Source: Protoeuglena noctilucae (taxonomy: Eukaryota). Taken from it: a stretch of 64,000 nt of DNA. Position 1 is the first letter of the stretch; every line of letters begins with the position of its first letter. The notes below the pieces were generated by a model, which worked only from the letters and a program-made list of their open reading frames with translations, was not told the DNA's origin and searched no databases. Below, piece after piece: positions 25,941 to 37,281 of this stretch. The stretch spans positions 806,001-870,000 of the forward strand of contig OY253675.1 of NCBI GenBank assembly GCA_958009085.1, given 5' to 3'. The translations under genes were made by a program, and so were the position numbers.

Positions 25941-27299
25941 CTACTGACTGTCGAGAGCGCCCCTCGCGGCCGCGTCCCCGCCGATGCTCCGCTGGAACAC
26001 CCGCTGGTACATTCCCACCCCGAACCCGCGGGCGTTGTTCTCCTCAGACCACGACTTGAGCTCCTTCACCAGGCCCTGATCCTGAGCCCTCTGCCAGCAG
26101 CGCATCGGGTCCATGCAGTAAGCCCCTGCGCGGAGAAACCACACCCGTCGGCTCAGCAGAAACGTTCAGAGCACTGCAGCTGCCATGCCCCAGTCGCCTC
26201 GCCTCGCACTCACCGTTGCAGTGGATGTCGTCCATCAGCAGGATGTGGAAGGTCGGGTTGGCCAGCGGCATGAAGTTCACAATGTCCTTGTACGGGACGT
26301 CGCCGCCGTGCCCGCCGTCAACGAGGATGATGTCGCAGCGGATCTCCTGCCCCGCGAGCGAGTGGACGAAGCCCGGGACCGTCGCGAGGCTGTCCCCGGC
26401 GACCAGCGCCTGGCGGCCGGGAAAGCGAGAGCCGAGGAAGCGCTGGGCGACCGGCGCGTAGTCGTGCATGAAGATGTCGAAGGACGTCACGATGTTGTCC
26501 GGGTCGGCCAGGAGCCAGAGGGCCGAAGAGTGCCCGGCGTTGAAGCCGAGCTCGCAGATGTGCTTGACGCACGGGTTCTTGGCCACAGCCTGGTACACCT
26601 TTCTGCGGGAGCCAAGGCGGCGTTAGGGTTGGAGAGGATCCAAAGCCCCCGGCGGTGTGCCAGCTGCCAAACTCTACGGTCGGTGGTTAAACGCACCTCT
26701 CAGCGATGAGCTGGCCGCTATGGCCCTCCGTGATGGCCACATTGTTTTCCTCCAGGTACGCGTTGAGGTCCTTGTGCAGGCGATCGAGCGCAGAGAGGTC
26801 CTCGTACTGTCATGCTCCGTCCAAAACGGACCTCAAGTGCGCCTCGCACGCAGCGACGCTCGGAACGCGGCCTGCGACGTCGGAATTCCAGTTTGCCCGT
26901 GTGCCGCATGAGGCGGGGCCCCAGACCCGGGCGCGGCGCTTCATCGAGGGCACCGGCAGACGTTCATCTTGCGGCCGTTGAGAGAGGGCGATGAAGCCCA
27001 CACGGCGGCGGGTCACCCGTGGCGGAAGACACACAGGCGTGCAGCCAAACTCATCTAAGCATCGCCGCGTCGAGATGCGGCCATCCCACAGCATCCATTC
27101 CGGCCAGTATAGGTGCAACGCGCCCACAAATTCAGCCTGCGCACTCACGGAACGCGACCGGGCGCCGGGACACGAGCACGAGGACGACGAGTGCCACCGC
27201 CCCAACCGCAGCGACGATCTTCCAGTGCTTCAGCAGCACGCTTTGGGAGCCACCATGTGGCTTTGACTTGCTATCCGTGGGGAGGGAAGACCACACCAT
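25941..27299 (-). CDS. Type II membrane class I SAM methyltransferase (Methyltransf_24-like, multi-exon)
   Basis: N-terminal anchor WKIVAAVGAVALVVLVLVSRR; catalytic motifs ICELGFNAGHSSALWL, SFDI, LVAGDS, CDIILVDGGH and LLMDD. Confidence 0.8.
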
Positions 27300-27591
27300 C
27301 TTTCTCTTCAGATACCGGCCGCAGCAGAGTTTGAACTGCGCAAGACTGATAGCTCCCCGGACTGCGAGCACGTGGCGATGTTTTGCTGGGTTAAGCGCGC
27401 ATCCCAGCGGAGTGGCCACCTTTTGCATGGCCGCAGTGCCCTGCACATTGCGCAGCGCTTGAACCTGAGGGCACTGGCACTTCGCCGCGAATTGGCGCCG
27501 ATCAGCGCCACAGATCGCGAATTTTTCTTCCTTGGGAGATGACGGCACCTCAAAGCTCACATATGCGCTGATCGGCAGAGTGCAATTGGCT

Positions 27592-29739
27592 ATGCTTGAG
27601 AGGATCCGCCTCCCTCTCGTCCTCGCCCTCCTGACCGCGGCCGCGCTGGGGCTCGGATGCGTGACCTGGTTCAGCACCCTGCACCGAGTTGCCCAGGAAG
27701 TGCACCATGCGCCACTCACGTTCGACAACGCTGTCGTCATCCACGCCGCCAAGCCCATGCGCAAGGGTGCATTGGACGTCACCACCCGAGCTCAGTGGGA
27801 GGTGTTTCGGACGAATTACCGGGAGAGACATAAGCGCGAGCCCCCTGCCATTCTCCGACGCCTGCTCGCAATGGAGAGAACCTGTCCCGACTTCCCTGCA
27901 AGCAGGCAAGGCCGGCCCACCTGCGTCGCTGCGTGCGGCGATGCGCTGTTGGATGACCGCCAGCTGTTTTTTTTCGACGATGGCTGTCGCGTTTCGATCC
28001 CAGGCTGTACGATCGGATCCAGTGGGACTTGGCCCCATGGCGGGATCTCCGCCGGCGCATGGGAATCGCCGCCCTTCAGGATGCGGCCCATGCCGTCATG
28101 CATTGGCCGGCTGATGAGCACGTCACGGTCATCACCGCACCAGGTCGCGAGGGGGCATCAATGGCGCACGTGTTCGGCCCACCAGGGACCTGGACCTGGG
28201 GCCTCTGGCCAGAGCTCCAGCGGATGCTCGAAGACGTGATGGATGTCTTGCCGCCGGGCATCACCTTCTCTTTCGAATACGGAGATGCCGCGAGAGGCTT
28301 CAACGCGCTGGGAGGAAGGCCAGAGAAGTACTTCCCGCCCATGCCGGACGGGTTCGTCAGGTGGGCGGCAAACACCAGCCCTGCCCTCTTATCTCGCCCA
28401 GGCACCCGCACCAGAGGGTTCCATGCCACATGCTGCACCTCTCGCTCGTTTCCACAGCTTCGCGAGCCCCCGCCCTGGCGACGTGGACCCCAAGTTCGAC
28501 ATGGAGCTGGACCCACCAGCCGAGGCGCTGCGGCAGTTCATGGCCCGCACGTGCCGGCTGAGCGACGACCAGCTGCGCAACCATGTGTTCCGACATTCGG
28601 CGATGCACGCGCACAGGGCGCACGAGGACGGTGTCAGGAGACCCGTGGCCATCTTCTCCCAGGTTGGTGCTGGGTGCAGATCTGCCAATTGACACGGAGC
28701 ACTGCCGCATGTGCGCGCGCCTTGAGCGAGAGATGTCACCTTTTGCAGAACAAGGTGGACGGCTGCATGGTGGACATGCTCTTCCCTACGCCGTACTGGG
28801 TGGACATTCAGCCCGTCGAGGGATCGAACCGGCCTTGGGAGGAAAGAACGGCGCAGCCCATCGTGTGGCGGGGCACCACGACGGGTGCCGCCATGGAGCT
28901 GGCCGAGCCGCACGGCTTCGATTGGCGCAAGGGACACCGCATCCGCCTGGTGACGGAGTTCAGCCAGTCGACGCTGGTGGACGCCAAGGTGGTGGAGGTG
29001 CTGCAGTGCGGGGACATCTGTAACGAGGTGGAAGAGTACATTCGCGAGGGCGGGGGCATGGGGGGGCGGATGCCTCCTGACTACGTGACGCGGTGAGGGC
29101 GATAGGGGCTGGGAGGGAGGCAGATGAGTGGCGGGTCGCCAGCTCCAGACCCGTGTGCGCCCGTGGGCTTCTCGCCGCAGGTACCGGCACTTGTTGGATG
29201 TGGATGGGAACGGTTGGTCATCGCGGCTGCCAATGCTGCTGTGGTCGCGTGCGTTGGTGCTGAGGGCGGCGGTGTTTTCGTCGTTTGTGGACGGGCTGCT
29301 GGAGCCGTGGGTGCACTACGGTGAGCAGCAGCGGAGGGAGCGAGTCATTGGATGCGTGATGTCGGGGGTCACGTCAGGGTAGGGCGACGAGGGTTAAGCT
29401 AAGCTTGCGGTGGGGTGTCTGCCCTCGCAGTGCCGGTGCGGCTGGACTTTAGCGACCTGGAGGAGAAGGCGCAGTGGGTGCTGGACAACCCAGCAAAAGT
29501 CAGGCGAGCGCTGCGGGCAGGCGGATGGGCGAGGGCCCCAGAGTGGGTGCGATGGGGCAGGACCTGTGGAGTGAGTTGAGCTGGTGGCCATGGCGATCGC
29601 TGCTGTGCGTCGCAGGGAGATGGTGGCGAACGTGGAGCGGGATTTCCCGTCCCCGGAGGAGATGTATGACGCCATGGTGTGCTACGCGTCGTACCTGCTG
29701 CTGGAGTACGCGTGCCTCTTCTTCGACATCTGCGAGTGA
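27592..29739 (+). CDS. Glycosyltransferase family 90 (CAP10/Cxt1/KDELC-like), type II membrane protein (multi-exon)
   Basis: Anchor LPLVLALLTAAALGLGCVTW; PVAIFSQ-NKVDGCMVDMLFP, PWEER..IVWRGTTTG, HRIRLV, YRHLLDVDGNGWSSRL and LEPWVHYVPVRLDFSDLEEK. Confidence 0.88.
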
Positions 29740-30081
29740 TGTGCAACGACAATCGACGCTTGATATCTCCTAACAACAGTAGACTACACTAGGCTCAACA
29801 ATGGGTTTCTTTGCTTGCGCCGGAAGCTGGCCATTCCTGCTTGATTTTTTGGCCCCTAATATCCGAATCTGCGATGTATGCCCACCTCCTCACCTTTTAT
29901 AGATACTCTAACACATCCCCTGCGGCACCCTACCCTGAACCGCGCGATAAATTTCCTCCCTGCCTTCTTTGAAGGCTTCACGCAGATTGGGTTTTCAAGA
30001 GCTCTTGATCTCCTCCAAACCGCGATTGTCGGTGACAGAAAATACGCACTGAACCCGCTGTCCTGAGGTGCGGTCTCTGCT

Positions 30082-31583
30082 ATGGGAGAATCGGACCTGC
30101 GCGGGGCAGGTCCGGTGTGGCGGGCGATTTCCCAGCGTGTGACCCAAGGGAGCCTCGTCTTGGCAGCCCTGATCTCTGTCGTGGTGGTGAGGACTTCCGA
30201 ATTCGAAGAACTGTCGATGGCGGCTCGCAATCGGCGTCATACGGACCTCTTCGGTGCGCGCAGTGTTCCTTGGCCTGGCTGATCGGATCCTTGTCCTGCG
30301 GACTGCACGCTGCGCCCAACAATCGCATGAAGTTTGTCAGCGTCGACCCGTACCTGCCTTTTCCAGGCCCTGTGGGTGCCCTCACCGTGGTAAGCTGATT
30401 TGTTTGGACTTCGGGTTGGCGCGCCGAGTTCATTCCGCCTGCGACTAGACGGTGCATGCGATTCCTTGGACGCAGTACAATGCGGGCCTGAGGCTTGTAC
30501 GCATCGGCAAGGACGGGGATGGGGGCTACCCCATCGCCGACCTGGGCCGCGATGCCTACGACGTGTACGTGGCAGGAGGCGTCAACGACGACACCAGTTT
30601 CGACCGCGCCTTCCTCGGCATGCACGACATCCGCCATGGTTATGCGTTCGATGGCACGATCGAGCAGGCCCCGCCGCTCCCTCCCAACCTCATGTGGATT
30701 AAGCAGAACATCGGCTTCGGTGAGCGCAGGGGACGCAGCGTACAAGTGGGTGTGACCCAAGCAGTGTGGATGAGCCCGGCAGTGTGCATAGCGAGAATAC
30801 CTTGCATGCCATGGAGGCCCGGTGGTGTCACCTTTGCAGGGCCCACTACGAACGACCTGACCGAGTACCTGAGGAAAGGAAAGGACGTCTTCTTAAAGAT
30901 GGACATTGAGGGGGCGGAGTGGGACTGGTGAGCGCGACAGTAAACGGTGCGTGGCGCATCCTCGAGCATGGCGAGACGGGCAGCGTCTCACGACACACCC
31001 CGGACTGGCTTCCAGGTTGCATAAGATTGACGTGTCCGACCTGCGCCGCATCAAGCAGATCGTCATGGAGATCCACGACCCAGGTGTGGTTCATGTGGGC
31101 CTTAACGTGGCCAGTAGCCGCTGCCAGCGCAGGACTCGCGCCGACCCATGCCTCCCATGCCTCGCAGGAAACGAGTCGTATGGTCTGACTTCGGATGTGA
31201 AGCTCCAAATTCTCGCCAAGCTGGCTTCCGAGTTCGTCCTCGTCCACGCGCACGGCAATAACAACTCGCCGTTCCACAACGTCAAGGGCGTGGCCGTGCC
31301 GCAGGCGCTCGAACTAACCTATGTCCGCAGTGGCATCGGCAACGCAGGTGCGTACTTATTCTGAACGCCTGACTTTGTCGCATGGCTGAGTGTCGACCTT
31401 TTGGTGAAGTCGCGCCTCACGCGCACCCCATCCGCAGTAGTCGGTCAGGTGCCGAGGCGGCAGAGTCCGCTGCCGGACGCTTCGCTGGACCAACGCAACT
31501 CCTACCTCTTCCCCGAGCTGCTCATCACGCACCCGCCTTTTGTGATGGTCCCCGGGGAGGCAGCCCTGCATGCCGTCATGTAG
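30082..31583 (+). CDS. FkbM/Methyltransf_22 (METTL24-like) SAM methyltransferase with N-terminal TM anchor (multi-exon)
   Basis: TM GSLVLAALISVVVVR; RIGKDGDGGY, GVNDDTSFD, YAFDGT, VFLKMDIEGAEWD, KQIVMEIH, LVHAHGNNN and LELTYVR. Confidence 0.82.
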
Positions 31584-31898
31584 ACCAACCAAGCTGACAG
31601 GAGCACTGCGATGTGTGTGTGCCGCGATGCGTCTTTCTCACCCTGTTGTCCTACTTGCTGTTTCTGGCCACTCACGGCTGCTGCAGTCGCCACGCCAGTG
31701 GCCAAGGTTTGGCAGACGGGCGAGCCTAACTCCCCTACCTCTCAGACCCAATAGTTTCATGAACTGACGTCAGCACCCAGGGACTACCTGATTCAACCAA
31801 CATCCAACGGCGCTCCCGTCGACAGCCAGGTCGGGGCTGACACTGCACTGACTAGCAAAACCTGAACTACGCGTCCCGGTGGCCTTGCGATCAGGCCT

Positions 31899-33867
31899 TC
31901 AAGAGCTGCGGATGGCGTCGCAGTAGCCCCGCGTAAGCGCCCACACCGTCGCCTCAAAGTCCCCCGCGCCCCACTTGGGCCCACCCGTGCCCAGCCAGTC
32001 CTTCGACTGGAAGTACCCTCTCAGATGGCCCAGGCCGATCCCCTCAGGGAATCGGTGGTCCCGCTCCCCCAGCTGCGGCGGCACCCCCGCGCACGTCCAC
32101 TCGTGGCGGTTGGCGTGCATGAAGAGCAGCTGCCCATCCGGCGCCGTCTGCGCCATGGCGTTGCCCTCGAACCCCGCGCCCTCAAAGTTGGTCCCCACAG
32201 CTCGCACGCCGTGCAAGATCATGGCGTAGTCCCCGCCCGCGGCGGTGATGCCCCAGGCGAACGACTCCTTGTCCCCGATGCCGGCGCTGTTGGAGAGGAG
32301 GTACTCGAACGTGCGATTAGGGTACGCCATGAAGAAGAGGGCCAGCCATAGCCCAGGCAGGTGCCGGGTGCGGTCGATGACGAGCTGCGGGCAACATGGC
32401 AGTGGCGAGATTGGAGATCGTGGCGAGCGTGCACTGCCGGATGACTTGCCACACATCACGTCCAACACCAGCGGTGTCAGCCTCACCTGCCCTGACTCGT
32501 GTGTCTTGCGCGGTGGGGCGAAGTTGGCAGCCGCAAGGACCGTCTCGTAGTCCAGCTTCCCCACAGAATCCTCCTGGGGCCTCGCCGGGACAGCCATGCG
32601 AGGATTGGCCTCGGGCGCGGCGTCGCCGAACGCAGGCGTTGCCCCGGCCCACGGCTCCCATCCCCGTGCTGCCGCGAGGTCCCGCGCCTCCGTCAAAACC
32701 TCCACCAGCTGCGGGTCCGCCGTCAGCCCCCAGAAATCGGGCCAGAGCACGGCCCCGTACCGCCGGTACAGCGGATCGTCGAACAGGAAGGCGGGGTCGC
32801 GGAGCGGGATGTTGTCCGCGTCGAGCAGCAGCACCTCGCGGAAAGAGCTCATGGCCACGGCGAGGACCTTCATGGTGAAGAAGGACACGTCTCGGTGCAG
32901 CTTGTCGGAGAGTACCGCCGCCCCGCCCCCGTCGGTGCCCCGGACCAGTGGCAGCAGTTCGTCCACCACCACCACGCGCGCCCCCAGGTTCCGCTGGAGG
33001 AACGCCTCGATGCTCGCACTGGGGCGCTCGAAGGCGAACGTCCACAGCTCGGCGGGCAGCGTGGACCTGGTCTGGCGCAGGAACCACAGCGCAACCATCG
33101 ACTGGGCCAGCACCCGCCCACCGCCCACCACCACGACCCCGCGGCCCTCCCCGGGCGCCCCTGCCCACATGCCGTCCACCGGCACCTCTCCCATGAGCCG
33201 CATGAACTCCCCGACCTGGGCCGCCAGGACCGCCCTCTGCTCTCCGGGGTACCGCTCCCCGTGACGCACGTAGTCAGACCCGCGCTCGACCCGGCTCCCG
33301 ATCGGCGCCGCCACCCAGGCCCTGGCGCTCGCGCGGCCCGGGGTGGCTGCCGACCGGTAGAAGGCGCGCGCGATGTTGAGGTTGAGTTGGCCCCACACAC
33401 GCATGGCAGCATCCCTCCAGACTAGTTGGTCCTCCGGGGTTTGCGGCGCAGGCAGCAGGGGCGGTTGTGAGCGGCTTCCAGCCATTGTGTCATCGGAAGG
33501 CAAAGCTTGCGAATACGGCTGCTCACTTGTGCCAGCGAAGGTGCTGCAGATGTGCGGAACGACGCCCCCGAGACGATGGACCTGGACGGCTCTCGTGTGA
33601 AGGACATGGACTTCACGTGCAAGCCCTGCGTCGCCCATACTCTCGCTCTTGCCCTGCGCGAATAGGCGACATGCGATGGGCGGAAGGGCACCGAGAGCGA
33701 GCTGCGATCCTTCAGCCAGCCGCTTTCGTGGCCCGGATGGATGCGGAAAACGAGCCAACTCACCGCCACACCCGCCCGATGGACGCCCATCCCCACATCA
33801 GCGACAGGACGAGGACGGCGAGGAACCCGGCCTTCGCCCACCTCCTCCACCGCGTCCAACGCGCCAT
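31899..33867 (-). CDS. Glycosyltransferase family 71 (MNN2-like alpha-mannosyltransferase), type II membrane protein (multi-exon)
   Basis: Anchor RRWAKAGFLAVLVLSLMWGW; RGVVVVGGG, STLPAELW, KVLAVAMSSFREVLLLDADNIPLRDP, GAVLWPDFW, ESGQLVID, GDKESF and FMHAN. Confidence 0.9.
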
Positions 33868-34138
33868 GATGGAGGCCTCGAGACCATCTAGCGGGCCCAG
33901 GGTCCCAGCGCGTGCAACCGTAGCAAACTTAGTAAGCCCTTAATCCACCGCGGTCCGCTCGAACGGCAATTATGAGGGGGGGCGCCAGCTTCGGGCATAC
34001 AAAACTTTGTGTTTTCTGCACAGATGCTCTCTCGTTTTATCTTCGACGCTGCTGCTTTGCCAACGCGAGCACAATCACCACCGAGTGCCATCTCTCGCGA
34101 ATGTGCGGGGATGTAAAAGCCCACGGAAGATCCTGACA

Positions 34139-36921
34139 TCAGCTCCAGCACTCGACTTGCAAGCGACCCTGGACCTCCATCGCCCTCAAAAACGACGCGG
34201 CGACACCGTCATCCAGCCCACCGTGAATTCGCACTGCGGGGATGGCAGGCCTGTGGTCAAGCCGGGCCAAACCCTGCACCGGGAACGGGCCTCCAGCCGC
34301 AGCGTCCTCACCCACGGCCTGGAGAGCTGCCCTCACATCCGCGGGCATCTCATTCGCGCTGCCACATATATACACGGCGGCGCCCGCCTGCAGGAGGTCC
34401 CACACGCGGCGGCCATGCTCCTGAATCTTATGCTGCACGTACACCTTGGTCGCCTGCTCCCTGGACAGCGCGTAGATCACGGAATCCTCGCTGCGGGTTG
34501 CAAAGAGCGAACGCAGCTCACTTCAGGCCGCGCGACGCACGCTGACGCCGGCACAGTCGCAGGGCACGCACCCCAGCAGCCCGGTCCTCATCAACGCCTC
34601 CCACTCGTCTGCGTACAGCTTGTCCTTGTCGCCCCGACACCCCGCAAAGAGCAAGACGGTCCCCGCTCCCCGCTCGGCCCTGTGCGCCTCCCGCTCCCAG
34701 AGCATGGACCGCAGAGGGGCAATGCCCGTCCCAGGGCCCACCAGCACCATGGGCGTGTCCGCCAGCCCGGCCCTGCGACGACGGGGCGGGTCCGCGTTTG
34801 CTCGAGCCCCGCTAGCCGCGAGGGTCCTGCCCCTGGGCATGTCATGTCACGGCCCATGTCACCTGTCCTCAGGCAGGCGCAGGCTCCCTGGCTGCATCCA
34901 CAAGGGGACGAGGGCGCCTGGTTTCAGACCCCCCAGCCAGTGAGTGCAGAGCCCTTTGCGCAGCCGCTTCCATGGCGTGCGGTACTCGACGACCGCCGCC
35001 GTGACGTGGACACGGCCAGGGTGGGCCGAGGGAGACGACGACACCGAGAACTGACGGGGCTGCATCCTGCGAGACGCGCGCGTTTGGTGCAAATCGCCAG
35101 GTTACAGAGCCCTGAGCCCTGTCCGAGCGCCAAGCAGCATCTGCCGCACCCTGCGCGCCCGACGCTCACCGGGGTACCACCTGCAGCACCCACTCCAACG
35201 GGAGCCTGGCACTCGGGAAGTCCACCAGAACCTCCAGCACGGAGCGCCTCTCGCGAATGCAGTACTCGTGCAGGTCGTCGAGGCCATCCACGGAAGCCAG
35301 CTCACGGAGACGCTCGGCCTCAGCTGCTGCGGGGATCAGCTGAGCGCACCGCTTGGCCGTGACTACGAGTGAGCAGCATCTAATGTCGGTGCCCGCATCA
35401 CTTGCCGCAGCAACTCGCCTTCGGGTGCAAAGTGGGACAGCACTTCAAAGAAGTACCGCCTCGGGCTCACGGAGAGCATATCCACCGCGCCCCGCAGCAA
35501 CGCCTCGACCGTGGCCTCCATCGACGCGGTAGGCGCGTCCTCGCCCGCCGCGTCATGGCTCTCGGCGCTCAGCGACAAGCGAACCCGGTCCTCCAGGCGG
35601 ACTCCCAGCCTGTGCAGCGTAGCAAGGCCTGGCAAAACTGAGAAGACGGCCATGCAGCGCCATCAAGGCGCGACGCCTCGACGGGCGAGTGTCACCTGCT
35701 CGCGCAGAACTGCAGGGCGTCGTCAGGGACCTGCGGAAAGACGCACGCGACGTCCCCAGGGCGGTAGTCCATTCTGCCGGGCTCCGCGCTCGACACGTCC
35801 AGCTCGATGTGCCGAACGTCCTGCCAGTGATCCGGCGCGGTCACACGCTGCGACCACAGTGAGGAGCCCAGCATGATGGTGCTGGTGCTGCGGTGGGCAG
35901 CGGGGTGGTCTGCAGCTGCCGGGGGGAGCACTCACTTGGTTGACGCGGACAGGCGCGAGGAATGGCCGCCCGATGTGATACCCAGGCGCATGAACACTGC
36001 TCGAGGACGCCCCGAAGGCGGCCCTCTCCAGGCGGTCAAACTCCCATGCAACCCTGCACCACTCGGCCAGCCTCTCGGACTCCGTGGCCTGTCAAGCGCA
36101 GGTACGAGATGCAGAGATAAGCATCAGCATACATCTCGCTTACACGGCCAGCCCCTCAAATCAAGATGGCTGTGACACACGCGCCCCCCACCCGCGGTGT
36201 GGGGTCGGTGCCCACCACCTCCACCCTGTAGCGGGGGGGGTCCAGGCCTCCAGCTGGCAGTGCTACGGGCGTCTGCACGTGGGCGAGCGCGGCCCACAGC
36301 CCGTCCAACCACGGCCCCAGCGATCCCTCGTATCCCCGCGGGTGCTGGTCATCGCCAAGCCCCAGCGAGCTGCAGCGCAAACGCAAAGTCAGTTTCCGCG
36401 ACAGAGCTCCATGCGTTGGCGCGGCGCATACCACGCCTACCTTTCCGTGGATGCCACCCACCACAGCTGCTGGGCACCCAGCTGGAGCAGCCTCCGGTGG
36501 AGCTTCTTGGCAGCCACGTTGAAGCGTGCGTAGCCCGAGTCGCCGAGCCCGAACACCGCGAATTGGAGGCCTGCCAGAGCGTCGTGCGGGAGGCCTCGAC
36601 GCAGCAAGACGCGCCAAAACGGCACCATGTTGCGGGGTGGGTCGCCCTGGCCCGTCGTGCTGGTCACAAACACCGCCAAAGGCTCCGTGGGTAGCTTGGC
36701 CAGCTCGTATGCATCCATGGAGACGAGGCGGGCTGCGCCAAAGGAAAAATCTCGGCGAATTGGTTCTGCGGCACTGCAAAAGCTGTCTGCGCTGCGCTTC
36801 GACAAGCCTGTCGCGGCCGCGTACCGCTGTAGCCCCTCCTCCTCGCCGCCCGCCATACGCCCTCCGCGACATCTCGCGCGTTGCCGGTCTCCGATCCGAA
36901 CAGGACCAGCAGGTCGAGCAT
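34139..36921 (-). CDS. NDOR1: NADPH-dependent diflavin oxidoreductase 1 (Tah18/ATR3, multi-exon)
   Basis: LFGSETGNARDVAE, STTGQGDPPRNM, FAVFGLGDSGYARFN, GLGDDQHPRG, PRQFSVSSS, VGPGTGIAP, YVQHKI and C-terminal RLQVECWS. Confidence 0.92.
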
Positions 36922-37281
36922 CAGTGCACGAACGTGCCGCTGCCGTTGCTGTGCGCAGGGCTGTCGTCGATGGGGCGAGGAAGACCTGCCTGAGGAAGAT
37001 GCCTTAGCATCGCGTTATTGCGGGAATGGCATTGACACGGTGCCATCTCACTAATCTCAGATGACAGAGCTGGGCGACTGGCGCGGGCGATGCAACTGCA
37101 ACCAGCAACATAGGCGCACGAGCTGCCAGGGCAGGAGTATGACTGTGACCTCCATTCTCACCACTGTCCCACTGGCACGCGTTGGCCACTGCCACTCGCG
37201 GGTTCTTCGCAACCTGTTGCTTCGAGCCCAGTCAGCGTCAAACGGCAGGGAAAGGGCGAGGCAGCTTAGGTGGCTCACATC

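Noticed and set aside
34007..35362. 451-aa plus-strand ORF and similar long ORFs (3128-4264, 37280-38656, 55404-56693)
   Set aside because: These are antisense shadows of real genes in GC-rich DNA and contain no domain motifs.
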